Shown: positions 28,833 through 39,592, numbered from the stretch's first letter. The stretch: DNA of 64,000 nt from Candidatus Bathyarchaeota archaeon (GCA_963775465.1 CAVZIW010000010.1:32001-96000); one strand, 5' to 3'. The notes: generated from the sequence alone by a model not told the origin. Numbers and translations are program-made.

Positions 28833-29696
28833 ATGAGTCAGTGTTTGATGCTTTTTTCTGACGGTGGAGCACGTGGAAATCCAGGTCCAGCAGCCATCGC
28901 ATTTGTAGCCTTAAACGAAGGAGGCGAAATAATAAAGACGGCTGCCCAATTCATTGGTATTCACACAAACAACCAAGCTGAATATCGAGCACTCTTGTTA
29001 GGTTTAAGCTTTGCTAAAGGTACCAAAACCCAAGAGGTTATCTGTCACCTCGACAGCGAACTGGTTGCAAAACAACTCAACGGCGAATATACCGTAAAAA
29101 ACTCTCAGCTTCAACAACTCTGGCAAAAAGTCCAAGAACAAAAACGATACTTTAAACAAATTATTTTTGTTAATGTTCCAAGAGAGCATTCTCAAATCCA
29201 AAGAGCAGATGCACTAGTTAACAAAACTTTAGATGAACAAGCTGCAAAAATATCAACTAAAGGATTAATCGAATTAAATCAGACTTCGAATGGTGAAGTG
29301 GAAAGTAGTATGTTTGTACATGCTAGTATTCGCACAAGCAATATGGAGCGGTCAATAGATTTTTACTCAAAATTTTTAGGGTTAAGAGTTAAGAGTCGCC
29401 GAGAAATCAAGCAGACCAACGCGGAAATAGCTTTTCTCCAAGATTCCCAAAGTAAAGGTTGCACACTAGAGTTGACATTTTATCGTGATCAAGAAAAGTT
29501 TGATCAGCCACCCTATGAAAATCGACTATTTGACCATTTAGGTTTCATAATCTTCAACATGGAAGAAACTATTTCCTGCTTGAAAAACGCTGGTGTGACT
29601 GTGACGGATGAACCCTTCAAACTAAATGAGAACACAACAATTGCTTTTATTGAAGACCCAGACGGAACCTTGATTGAGTTAATCGAACATAAATAA
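28833..29696 (+). CDS. Ribonuclease HI fused to a glyoxalase/VOC domain
   Basis: DGGARGNPG, NNQAEY, LDSEL and ADAL, followed by HxxIR...FY...LG, LELT, DHLGF and EDPDGTLIEL. Confidence 0.85.
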   Translation: MSQCLMLFSDGGARGNPGPAAIAFVALNEGGEIIKTAAQFIGIHTNNQAEYRALLLGLSFAKGTKTQEVICHLDSELVAKQLNGEYTVKNSQLQQLWQKVQEQKRYFKQIIFVNVPREHSQIQRADALVNKTLDEQAAKISTKGLIELNQTSNGEVESSMFVHASIRTSNMERSIDFYSKFLGLRVKSRREIKQTNAEIAFLQDSQSKGCTLELTFYRDQEKFDQPPYENRLFDHLGFIIFNMEETISCLKNAGVTVTDEPFKLNENTTIAFIEDPDGTLIELIEHK

Positions 29697-29720
29697 ATTA
29701 TTTCACAACTAAAACGCAAA

Positions 29721-30377
29721 CTAAAACAAATAAATAAGCCAGCATTTCCATGTAGCAAATATTATCTTTAAATTAGCCTTATTATTTCCACCAATACGAG
29801 GCTTACTGCGTCTTGACGGAGCTACATAATTGATTTCGCCCACCTTAAAACCATGCTTTCTTGCAGCAACTAAAAATTCACCGCCAAAAGTTTCCCCACC
29901 AAGAATATTCTGAGTAATTGCTTGTTTTTTATAAGCTCTGAAATTCGAGAAAAAATCCGAAACTCCAATCGTTTTACCCAATGTTTTAGATGCTAATCTC
30001 TCTGAGAAACGAGGTACAACTGTTCGGGAAGCTACTACTACATCATAAACATTTAATTTTTCTACTAAGGCAAGTATCTTTTCAGGTGTGTTCTCTAAAT
30101 CAGAATCAATGGTTACTATTATTGAAAATCTAGATAGTTTTGCCCCAAACAGTAGACCCTTTGTCTGTCCTTCTCTAACTTTGCCAACAGCAATATCTGC
30201 AAACTGTTTTGCAACTTCAAGAGTTCCATCCAATGAACTATCATCAACAACGATTATTTCATGAGGTATTCCACTGAGTGTTTGGTTGACTCTACGTATT
30301 AGCTCTTCAATATTTTCTTTTTCGTTCCAAGTAGTAGTCACGACGGATACACCGTCAATTTTGAAGTTTGAATCCAT
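29721..30377 (-). CDS. GT2 glycosyltransferase
   Basis: WNEKENI, VDDSSLDGT and DSDL motifs. Confidence 0.8.
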   Translation of the reverse strand: MDSNFKIDGVSVVTTTWNEKENIEELIRRVNQTLSGIPHEIIVVDDSSLDGTLEVAKQFADIAVGKVREGQTKGLLFGAKLSRFSIIVTIDSDLENTPEKILALVEKLNVYDVVVASRTVVPRFSERLASKTLGKTIGVSDFFSNFRAYKKQAITQNILGGETFGGEFLVAARKHGFKVGEINYVAPSRRSKPRIGGNNKANLKIIFATWKCWLIYLF

Positions 30378-30590
30378 TAGGTTCCATAAGCCTCTTTGAA
30401 GGTTAAAAGTTCTTTTGCTTCTAAAAATTTTCTTCTTTTTCTCCTTCTTTTTTATGTCTTGTTTTTCTTTTCAATCTTGGGTTTTTCAGTCATACTACAG
30501 TGAGATGTAACATCGTAATGTTAAAATAATTGGAGGACTGATGTGTTAACGAATTTCAAAATTAGGATAAATTAATAGAAGGAATGAAAA

Positions 30591-31895
30591 ATGAGCAAAA
30601 GCGATAAACCCCACTTAAACCTTATAATCATGGGGCACGTTGATGCCGGAAAATCAACATCAACTGGGCACCTACTATACTTAGCAGGAGCAATTGACGA
30701 AAGGACAATCAAATCGTATCAAGACGAAGCAGAAAAAATGGGCAAAGGCACATTTGCATTTGCTTGGGTCCTTGACAACCTCAAAGAAGAACGTGAGCGA
30801 GGTGTTACAATTGACCTTAGATTCCTGCAGTTCCAAACCAAGAAATATAATTACACGGTAATTGATGCACCTGGTCACAGAGACTTCGTCAAGAACATGA
30901 TTACAGGCGCAAGTCAAGCAGATGCCGCAGTTCTGTTTGTTTCATCCAAAAAAGGTGAATTCGAAGCAGGTATCGGCGCAGGTGGACAAACAAGAGAACA
31001 TGCATTCTTAGGTTTCACTTTGGGTATCCGACAAGTTATCGTTGCAATTAATAAGATGGACGATATCTCATCTAACTACAGCCAAGAAAGATACGACGAA
31101 ATTAAGAATGAAGTTTCTAGAATGCTCAGAATGGTTGGCTATAAAGTTGATAAAATTCACTTTGTTCCATGTTCAGGATGGACAGGCGAAAACCTGCTTA
31201 AGAAAAGCGATAAAATGCCATGGTATACAGGTCCAACCCTCATGGAAGCATTTGATATGTTGGAAATACCAAGCAAACCAACTAACAAGCCCCTTCGTGT
31301 TCCAGTTCAAGATGTTTACACTATCACAGGTATCGGTACGGTTCCAGTGGGCAGAGTAGAAACAGGCACACTCAAGCCAGGAGCAAAAATCATCTTTATG
31401 CCATCAAACAAGACAGCTGAAGTTAAATCAATCGAAATGCACCACACTAGCATTCCAATCGCAGAGCCAGGCGACAACATTGGCATGAACGTTAGAGGAA
31501 TCGCAAAAAATGACGTTCACCGAGGAGATGTCGCTGGTCCAGCTGAAAACCCACCAACAGTTGCAAAAGAATTCATCGGACAAATCATTGTTATCTATCA
31601 CCCAACAGCTATCGCCGCAGGATACACACCAGTCCTCCACTATCATACAGGACAAATCGCAGTTAAATTCACTGAACTCATAAAGAAAATTGACCCACGC
31701 ACTGGACAAGTATCCGAAGAGCACCCAAGCTACCTCAAAACAGGAGATGCTGCTTGGGTACGAATGGAACCACTTCACCCCATCGCAATCGAAACCTTCA
31801 CTGATTTCGCAGAACTCGGTAGATTTGCAATTCGAGACATGGGCACAACTGTTGCAGCAGGCGCCGTTAAAGAAATAACTAAAAAGGGATTATAA
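30591..31895 (+). CDS. tuf: Translation elongation factor EF-1 alpha
   Basis: [37 protein letters not shown] and GRFAIRDMG motifs. Confidence 0.97.
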   Translation: MSKSDKPHLNLIIMGHVDAGKSTSTGHLLYLAGAIDERTIKSYQDEAEKMGKGTFAFAWVLDNLKEERERGVTIDLRFLQFQTKKYNYTVIDAPGHRDFVKNMITGASQADAAVLFVSSKKGEFEAGIGAGGQTREHAFLGFTLGIRQVIVAINKMDDISSNYSQERYDEIKNEVSRMLRMVGYKVDKIHFVPCSGWTGENLLKKSDKMPWYTGPTLMEAFDMLEIPSKPTNKPLRVPVQDVYTITGIGTVPVGRVETGTLKPGAKIIFMPSNKTAEVKSIEMHHTSIPIAEPGDNIGMNVRGIAKNDVHRGDVAGPAENPPTVAKEFIGQIIVIYHPTAIAAGYTPVLHYHTGQIAVKFTELIKKIDPRTGQVSEEHPSYLKTGDAAWVRMEPLHPIAIETFTDFAELGRFAIRDMGTTVAAGAVKEITKKGL

Positions 31896-32097
31896 ACCTC
31901 CCTTTACCATTTTTGTGTTTGTTATTTTAACGAAATTCTAAATAATTATTTCCTGTTTTAGAGGTAACTTAAGTCTTATACGCAACAATTATTGTTTCTC
32001 TTTAAGTTCGTCTGTTCCTTTTTGGATGTTGTAACTAAGCAACAACCACAAGCACATATATGCTCTTTTATCAATGCGTACTTTAAGGTGGGTATGA

Positions 32098-32244
32098 ATG
32101 AATTGTCGAGAAGGAGAATCTTGTTTAATACGAAGACCTCTCACCGCTGAACAGGAGTCAGAACTTATCTCACTAAGAGATGTACCTCTTGAAGTTAGAC
32201 GTGAAGAAGCGAAAAAGCCTTTATTCTTAAAACGATATGAATGA
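32098..32244 (+). CDS. Putative 48-aa small protein
   Basis: Hand-translated MNCREGESCLIRRPL...PLFLKRYE, with an AGGTGG RBS. Confidence 0.45.
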   Translation: MNCREGESCLIRRPLTAEQESELISLRDVPLEVRREEAKKPLFLKRYE

Positions 32245-32373
32245 GAAAGAATCTTCACGTTTGATCGCAAGATCCTATTTTTAATGCTTTATTTCTGAAA
32301 CGATTTTGTTATTGTCCGAGCGGAAGTAAAATAAACTTGAGTTCTGGTTACTCTATGCATTAGGGTTGCTTCT

Positions 32374-33105
32374 ATGTCTGGATCAGAAACGCTCGTTCCT
32401 TTCATTAGAGAGAAAAAGAAGCCTGGCGAAGAACCGACAATAATAGTTGATACCCGCGAAGCAAGTAGCGCCAAAAAAATTTCCACTGGTCTAATTGAAA
32501 AGGGGGTTAATGTTAAGACTGAGATGCTAGAGAAAGGCGACTATATTCTTTCTGACCAGTGTGCGGTTGAACGGAAAACCGTTAACGATTTTGTCTACAC
32601 CTTGACTAGGCGTTATCTTTTTGAGCAGCTGTTTAGGCTAAAAGATGTTTATCCCAGGTCTCTTATTGTTTTGGAAGGTTACCTGCCTATTATTTACAAA
32701 TACAGTAGCATCCAACCGCAAGCAGTCTGGGGCGCCATGTTTAATCTGGCAAAAAACGGTATAGCCATAGTTAACACTGCTTCACAAAAAGAAACCATTG
32801 ATTTTCTCTACACGGCAGCAAGACAAGAGCAAATTGTTGAAAAAAGAAGTGCAATTGTGCATGCTTTCAAAAAGTGTGATACGTTGTCTGATGCTCAAAT
32901 CTACTTCATTGCAAGTTTGCCTAGTATTGGACGCGAAAAAGCAACGGCTATTTTAGATTCTTACCAAACGCCTCTTAACGCATTGATTAATGTGGACGAT
33001 TGGGAAAAAACCGTTCACGGTTTGGGTCCAGTTATCACAAATCGAGTCAAAGACGTTTTGAGTATTCCCTATAAAAACAAGGATTGTGAAGAGGAAAAAA
33101 CCTGA
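32374..33105 (+). CDS. xpf: Short-form XPF/ERCC4 structure-specific endonuclease
   Basis: VDTRE, GDY, VERKTxxD and a tandem HhH tail. Confidence 0.85.
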   Translation: MSGSETLVPFIREKKKPGEEPTIIVDTREASSAKKISTGLIEKGVNVKTEMLEKGDYILSDQCAVERKTVNDFVYTLTRRYLFEQLFRLKDVYPRSLIVLEGYLPIIYKYSSIQPQAVWGAMFNLAKNGIAIVNTASQKETIDFLYTAARQEQIVEKRSAIVHAFKKCDTLSDAQIYFIASLPSIGREKATAILDSYQTPLNALINVDDWEKTVHGLGPVITNRVKDVLSIPYKNKDCEEEKT

Positions 33106-33171
33106 TTTAGTCAATTATCAAATTCCATTTGTATTAGCAATTTTTAAGAACGCCCAGTCTCAAATATTGGT

Positions 33172-33711
33172 ATGAGTCGTTTTGTAGCTTTCCTTAGAGG
33201 AATAAACGTTGGAAGCCATATTGTCACTAAAGAACAACTAAAAGAAGCGTTCGCTTCATTAGGATTTCACAACGTGTCCACTTTCGGACAAAGCGGCAAC
33301 GTGATCTTCGAAACTAGCAACTTAGCACCTGAAGAATTAATAACTAAAATCGAAAACAAACTGCGAACAATTTTGGGTTACGAGGTTTCCGTTTTCGTGA
33401 GGACAATTTCACAGCTAAAACACGTGATCCAGCGCAATCCTTTGAAAGTCCCTGTTGAAGGCACAAGTTCTTTGGTTACATTTCTTTCAATTGCACCGGT
33501 AAAAGTGACATTTCAGTTGCCTCTGGTAATTCCAAAATCCACCGCTCAAATTCTCATAATTAGGGATTCTGAAGTTTATAGTGCAACCCATGGTGGAGGA
33601 GAAGGTGCATTACCCAATCCATTCATAGAATCGGAATTAAAAATTAAAGCGACCACCCGAAACATTAAAACAATTCGACGGATCGTTGAAAAATATGATT
33701 TGCCTGATTAG
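33172..33711 (+). CDS. DUF1697 family protein
   Basis: FLRGINVG, QSGNVIF and TTRN motifs. Confidence 0.85.
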   Translation: MSRFVAFLRGINVGSHIVTKEQLKEAFASLGFHNVSTFGQSGNVIFETSNLAPEELITKIENKLRTILGYEVSVFVRTISQLKHVIQRNPLKVPVEGTSSLVTFLSIAPVKVTFQLPLVIPKSTAQILIIRDSEVYSATHGGGEGALPNPFIESELKIKATTRNIKTIRRIVEKYDLPD

Positions 33712-33808
33712 CTATTGTTAACCAAGAAAAGATCGATTATCTATTTCAACCTTCAGTATGCGAGAAAATTATTTAACAATCCTCTAATACTCTAGAGAAA
33801 GAGGTTAG

Positions 33809-34198
33809 TTGGATCTGAATCCGGTGGGTTTGTGGACTTTGCATTTTGATTGGGGTCCAAAAGGCGCTTACAATTGGACGCCTTTATATTTTAACTTTGA
33901 CGGCACATTTGCTTACTTAGCAGGGGCTAATGAAGGTACATGGGCACAGGTGGATGACCTAATAGTTTGGCGGTTCAAACGGCTTCTAAACCAAGAAAAC
34001 AATACTGTTTATTCTGGAAATGCTACTAGAAATTTCATGTCAGGCATAATGTTTTCATTTCAGGGCGAAAAGGGACATTGGTATGCAGTCAAAAAAGGGA
34101 CTAGAGTGTTTTCTCGAGAAGAAAACGAATCAATACCTTACCTGGTTGATAGAGAAAGCAAACAAAAACTTGATGCTTCAGGTAGAAAAATTATTTAA
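33809..34198 (+). CDS. Hypothetical beta-rich protein
   Basis: ORF with a GAGGT RBS. Confidence 0.6.
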   Translation: MDLNPVGLWTLHFDWGPKGAYNWTPLYFNFDGTFAYLAGANEGTWAQVDDLIVWRFKRLLNQENNTVYSGNATRNFMSGIMFSFQGEKGHWYAVKKGTRVFSREENESIPYLVDRESKQKLDASGRKII

Positions 34199-34223
34199 GA
34201 AAACATAGTGGTTCAAAGCCTTT

Positions 34224-35106
34224 TCAGGAAGCTGAAACTATCATGTAAGTGGCGTAAACAAACACTGCAACAGATATGATAAACATAGTTCCTAATAAAA
34301 GAACCAAACCTCGCTCATACTTTCCAAACTTCAAAGTCAAGATAGCGTTAATTATCGGAAGCACGGCACCAATTCCAGCCACCCATAGTAGTTCCGATTT
34401 TTCGCCAAAGCGGTTGGGCACTCCATCAAACCCGAAATGCAACGGAATAATCTGAGGAAGTTGTACATAAACCCAAAAGAAATATACCAGAAAAGAAACG
34501 TATGTTATTGAAACTGACAAAACTTGAATATACGCAGATTTCTGGATAGATTGCGTGTGTTGCGCTATTTCTTTGCCAGTTTGGCCCTTAAAGAGATACC
34601 TCTTTTCTTCTATAGCTTTAAGAAAATATTCAGGATCCTCTGGAGATATCGCAATTTTTTCCCCGTCATCCAAAGTGAGTACGATAAATTTTCCCTCAAT
34701 TCTTGTTGCGTACACATTAGCATTTCCGATGTTGGTTTTATAAAAACCCCAATGGAATCCTGGAAGGCTAGCTCCAAACAGACGCAAAACAAGTTTAAGA
34801 TCTGCAATTTCTACTTCTACAATTCGAGCATAAACTATTCTCTTTCGGATTAAACCAAAAATTACTGCAAGATTTTTGCCTAGACAATTCATATCGTGCG
34901 CTGCCAGTGGAAAGGGAAAAGTAAGCAAGCAGAAAAATCACCCCAATCAGTACCGTGAACATTAAAGCAGAAAAAAATATTGGGCCTTGCAGAGTCAAAA
35001 AAAGAATTATACCTATTGGGATTGCGATTATGAGGATGAAGATTAAGCCATAGTACTTTGTTTTTTCTGAATGGTGCGCCTTGAAAATCTCTAGATTGTT
35101 TGACAT
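34224..35106 (-). pseudogene. Frameshifted membrane protein: 2TM + bacterial PH domain + DUF1648
   Basis: ORF 34795..35106 joins ORF 34224..34928 by a one-base shift near 34880. Contains ISPEDP and LPxxIPLHFGFDGVPNRFG. Confidence 0.7.
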
Positions 35107-35876
35107 ACCGCGTTTCTATTCATGACTGAAAATTAATAAACCTGTATCCTGATGTTTGCTTGTTTCTAACCAAAATCATATTAACAAAATTATTTTATAT
35201 ACACGTAAAGAAAGCATGAGACCAGTAGAAAAGCTGATAATTAAAATGCAGGGCGAGTCAGAGCCTTAATGTTGTTCACGGCCCATCAAGGTTTGTCTTG
35301 GTCGCTTCATGGTCTTTCACCGTTTTGACCATGTTGCTCAAGCCTTTTTGCAACATTGCTGTTCAGCCCATCGAAGCAGATTCTTTGTCGCGTACCGATT
35401 TTCTTGCTGTTTCAACCGATGCGCTCTTTGCTTCAATGCATCGCCTTTAAAGCGTACTCCCCGACCTGCAATAACATATTACCCAACCATCCAATATAGG
35501 CAATTCTGAGCAAATAGAACGCAAATATGTCTCAACTATCTAATTCATTTTATCTTTTGGGGACAAATGTGGATGATGCTTCGTCAATATTCTCCAACGG
35601 TCTAATTCCTTAGCTGCAAATTTTGACATAAACAGTGCAATTTGACATGAACAACGCAACTTTTTAAAAAATTGGGCAAGAGTTGGTGTCTGTTTACATA
35701 GTGCAAAAACTGCAATTGGAACAGCAAAAAATTGTTTGATGTTCTATTTACTAGATGATCCGGAAGTATGAATAAAAAAAGCTTCCGAATCAGATCACTG
35801 TCTAAGCTTAAGCTTTTTCAGAAAATGGATTGCAAACTTCTATATGTTAGATAATATAGCTTTGAAATAGAAGAGA

Positions 35877-36071
35877 TTGATTATGAGATTGGAACGTTAT
35901 AAATCAATTAGAAAAAAACCGAAAAGAGATAACACAATAACTAAATCCAAAAAACGTATGCTTGCAAAACCCAAAACATCCACTTCTGCAGCTGTACCAA
36001 AATTGCGTGAAATCTACTCTGAAAAAATTGAGTGGGCAACACGCTTAATTCCGAAACCAAAAGAAGAATAA
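35877..36071 (+). CDS. Hypothetical basic small protein
   Basis: ORF only, with a TATA-like box upstream. Confidence 0.35.
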   Translation: MIMRLERYKSIRKKPKRDNTITKSKKRMLAKPKTSTSAAVPKLREIYSEKIEWATRLIPKPKEE

Positions 36072-36589
36072 ATGAATCAACGAAAATAGTTTCAATTGAG
36101 GCAGGTTGATTGATGAACCCCTGAGGCTCAGGATGCAAAAGGTTCAAAACTGACAGAATTCATAAGCACGAGCCGAATCGGATTTAACCTAATTCACAAG
36201 CTTATTGCTATTTTAGCAGTCGGTTCTATCATGCATTTCTATTCCCAAGCAGTTTCGAGGAGCATAGGTTATTATAAAAGTGTGTCTTGTGCTATTCTTC
36301 ACTTTTATAGTCGTCCACTTATCGGCGTATTTTTCTCTAAAGATTTTTTCAGATTATGCTTTGTATTTCTCTGCCATCATACCATTTTTGATTCAAGTGT
36401 TTAATATTTTAACTATATAGTTGATTATATTTTGATTTATGTTGAATTCTGCATATGATAATTGACTATTAATTTTTAGTGTTTGGATATTGCAAAATGT
36501 TATATACTATTAGTTATGGAAAATAGCAGTTTAGTTGAGTGAATAGGCTTATGGCTTTTTTGCTCAATAAATTAAATGGAGAAAAAAAT

Positions 36590-39217
36590 ATGAAAATATT
36601 TAAAACTAAAGCGATAGCTACTGCAATATCTTTGCTTCTGGTGCTTAGCGTTGTTGTCTCTATCTCTAGCCTTCCTTCTGCTGATGCTTACAATACTTCA
36701 ACTCAAGATGCCATTGATGCTGGTATGAACTGGGATTTGCCCCAGGATGCTTCGAATCTTAGGCTTTTGATGTGGGAGCGGTATCAAGATCATATACCTA
36801 CTCAGGTGTATATGGTTATGTCGCCTAACCCGGTTGGTGTTGGACAGCAAGTTTCTTTTGTGTTGTTTATGCCCCAGCAGCCTCGAGGCGCAAACGCAGC
36901 TAATGACATTAGGTATTCCTACACTGTTGATGTTACTGATCCTAATGGTGTTAAAACAACTCTTGGACCTATCAAGTCTGACTCTACAGGAACTGCATAC
37001 ACGTTATACTCACCCTCAGAAGTTGGAAACTACACTGTTACCGTGAATTTCCTTGAATTACTCTATCTCTGGCAAGGATCAAGTACTGAACGAGACTATT
37101 ACGGTGTTACCTATAATAGTGCATCGTACACAAAGAATTTGATTGTCCAGCAGGAACCTGTTTTACCTACAGGTTGGACTGACCAACCCTTACCTACAGA
37201 GTACTGGGTTCGACCAATTGAAGGCACAAACACTCCCTGGTACCAGGTAGCAAGCAATTATCTCAGCGGTCCTGGCGACAATGACCTATATGGATCAGGA
37301 AACCAGTTCCAGAGGTATGGCGTTGCCCCTAACAGCGCGCACATTCTGTGGACAAAAGTCACTGAAGACGGCGGCCTAGTTGGCGGAGAGCAATTCTCTG
37401 TTCCTGGAGAAGTTTTCAATGCAGGTCACCAATATCAGACTCGGTTTACTAACCCAATAATCATGTGGGGACGTCTCTACTACGAGCTTCCAGTTACATG
37501 GGCTGGCGTTAACGGCGGCTGGATTTGTGTTGACTTAAAGACAGGCGAAACAATCTGGGAAAATAGGGACATGGGTGCATCTGGTACCGGTATATCTGAC
37601 CCGGCTTTCGGCTACTACTATGACTTAGACAACATGAATAATCACGGTGTTGTAACTCCCGGTTGGCTATTCTCAAGCAACTTTGGACACTCGATCCATC
37701 CACGCTACGGCATATATGACCAACTTCAATTAACTGGCGTTCCTTCTGGTTTTGAGGTACGCGCACAACAAGGCGAACATATCCGCGTCCAAGTTACCAG
37801 CAGCGGCAACATGTATCAATGGAACTCAAGCAAAGTCTTTGACGACTCTGAAAGCGGAGTACAAACAGCCAATAATCCCACGGATTTCGACTTTAACGTT
37901 TCAACTCCGTGGAGTGTTGGAATGTCTAGCATAAGCGTACAAGAAGTCGTTCTTGGCGAATACATCTTTGGCAGAAACGGCAGTCACCCAGTAGGCACAG
38001 GCGGTCCACGCTTTGACTATCCAAGTCCAGTAACTATATGGGCAGCAAGTCTAAAACCCGGAAGTGAAGGTCAACTTCTATACATGAAAAACATTGACAC
38101 AATACCAAATCCACCAGACGGCGGCGAAATCATGATGGAACGCGTCGGAGAAGGAGTAGCAGTTTTTGTGAAGCTCTTTGAACGACAATGGATTGGCTAT
38201 GACACCCAGACTGGCAATAAACTTTGGGAGTCAGATCCTCCGGAAGCAGAATTTAATCCATTTGGCTACTATAGCTTCCCAAGCTTGATTCATACTGAAT
38301 CTACTGCTATAGCTGACGGAAGATTGTTCACTGGTGGCTATACCGGAGCTGTGATGTGCTACAACCTAACTACTGGTCAAAAGATTTGGCAGTATGAAGA
38401 CTACACTGGCAGAACTGTATTTCCATACTTTACTTTGATGCTTGGCACGGTTGCTGATGGTAAAATCTTTGTTGGCACTCATGAGCACTCTGCTGATACA
38501 CCGCTGTTTAAAGGAAACAAAGTTCGCGCAATCAACGTTACTGACGGCTCTGAAGTTTGGGCTATGTATGGCTGGGCTCATCCTTACACGTTTGCTGTTG
38601 CTGATGGCACTTTGATCTACTGGAACAACTATGATCATCAGGTGTATGCTGTTGCGAAAGGGCCAACTTCGATGACTGTTGAAGCGCCTCATGCTGGTAT
38701 TGCTCTGGATCAAAGTCTCGTGATTACTGGTACTGTTATGGATATTTCAGCTGGTACACGTCAGCATGAGCAGGCTATGCGGTTCCCCAATGGTGTTCCT
38801 GCTGTTTCTGAGGATAGCATGAGTCACTGGATGGAGTATGTCTATATGCAGAAAGCTCGACCGACTAATGCTACTGGTGTTGAAGTATCTATCGATGTGG
38901 TTGATTCTAATGGCAACTACCGAAACATTGGCACAACTACTAGTGATGCAAACGGCGTGTTTAGTTTGGATTGGATGCCTGATATTTCAGGAAAGTATAC
39001 TGTGATTGCATCGTTTGCCGGCAGCGAAGGTTATTGGCCTTCACATGCAGAAACTGCTTTCGTAGTTGACGAGGTAGCACCAACAACAGCGCCAACGGAG
39101 GCTCCGCAGCAGTCTGCAGCTGACATGTACTTTGTTCCCGCAGTCGCAGGAATCATCGTAGCAATAGTGATTGTTGGCATTATGCTGGCTCTATTGCTCA
39201 TAAAGAAACGGCCATAA
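36590..39217 (+). CDS. Secreted, membrane-anchored PQQ-like beta-propeller protein (paralog 1)
   Basis: GGAGA RBS with ATG at 36590, signal peptide, PNPVGVGQ, PTEYWxRPI, TGxxxW propeller repeats, and C-terminal Ig-like domain + TM + KKRP. Confidence 0.85.
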   Translation: MKIFKTKAIATAISLLLVLSVVVSISSLPSADAYNTSTQDAIDAGMNWDLPQDASNLRLLMWERYQDHIPTQVYMVMSPNPVGVGQQVSFVLFMPQQPRGANAANDIRYSYTVDVTDPNGVKTTLGPIKSDSTGTAYTLYSPSEVGNYTVTVNFLELLYLWQGSSTERDYYGVTYNSASYTKNLIVQQEPVLPTGWTDQPLPTEYWVRPIEGTNTPWYQVASNYLSGPGDNDLYGSGNQFQRYGVAPNSAHILWTKVTEDGGLVGGEQFSVPGEVFNAGHQYQTRFTNPIIMWGRLYYELPVTWAGVNGGWICVDLKTGETIWENRDMGASGTGISDPAFGYYYDLDNMNNHGVVTPGWLFSSNFGHSIHPRYGIYDQLQLTGVPSGFEVRAQQGEHIRVQVTSSGNMYQWNSSKVFDDSESGVQTANNPTDFDFNVSTPWSVGMSSISVQEVVLGEYIFGRNGSHPVGTGGPRFDYPSPVTIWAASLKPGSEGQLLYMKNIDTIPNPPDGGEIMMERVGEGVAVFVKLFERQWIGYDTQTGNKLWESDPPEAEFNPFGYYSFPSLIHTESTAIADGRLFTGGYTGAVMCYNLTTGQKIWQYEDYTGRTVFPYFTLMLGTVADGKIFVGTHEHSADTPLFKGNKVRAINVTDGSEVWAMYGWAHPYTFAVADGTLIYWNNYDHQVYAVAKGPTSMTVEAPHAGIALDQSLVITGTVMDISAGTRQHEQAMRFPNGVPAVSEDSMSHWMEYVYMQKARPTNATGVEVSIDVVDSNGNYRNIGTTTSDANGVFSLDWMPDISGKYTVIASFAGSEGYWPSHAETAFVVDEVAPTTAPTEAPQQSAADMYFVPAVAGIIVAIVIVGIMLALLLIKKRP

Positions 39218-39278
39218 AAAAACAAAATCAACAAAACAACAACCTTCCCTTTTTTTGTTTAGTGCATTGGAAAAATAT

Positions 39279-39381
39279 GGGGGCTGAGAAGGCTCTGGTT
39301 AAACTTCAAAATAGCCATAGCTATTAAAAGAGAGTTTGCATTTTCTCTTTTCTCCAAATTTCCAGAGCCTCAGCAAACCCT
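39279..39381. mobile_element. MITE-like element with imperfect terminal inverted repeats
   Basis: GCTGAG(AA)GGCTCTGG ... CCAGAGCCTCAGC inverted pair. The right end recurs at 62848-62868 (19/21 identical). Confidence 0.45.
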
Positions 39382-39532
39382 GCTTTCAGTCAATGGAATA
39401 TGTCTCTCTCAATTTTATAAGGTAAAAAGCTGGCTGATTTTTCAAAAAACTCTAATTGAACCCAGATTTGAACTATTCACAAAACCTCAATAGTTTCAAA
39501 AGTGTGAGGATCGCATTTGATGGATTGATTAC

Positions 39533-39576
39533 AAAGTACTTTGTAATGCAAAGTTATATATTTTGGAAAGTACTTT
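39533..39576 (+). promoter_or_regulatory. Promoter with palindromic operators around the TATA box
   Basis: AAAGTACTTT at 39533 and 39567, ACTTTG-N5-CAAAGT at 39538-39554 and TTATATAT at 39554. Confidence 0.6.
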
Positions 39577-39592
39577 ATATGATTGGTGAAAT

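Noticed and set aside
30425-30490. Pyrimidine-rich tract upstream of tuf
   Set aside because: Low complexity with no defined repeat unit.
35230-35570. Possible gene around ORF 35309..35509
   Set aside because: Several short frames with stops and no motif; at most decayed sequence.
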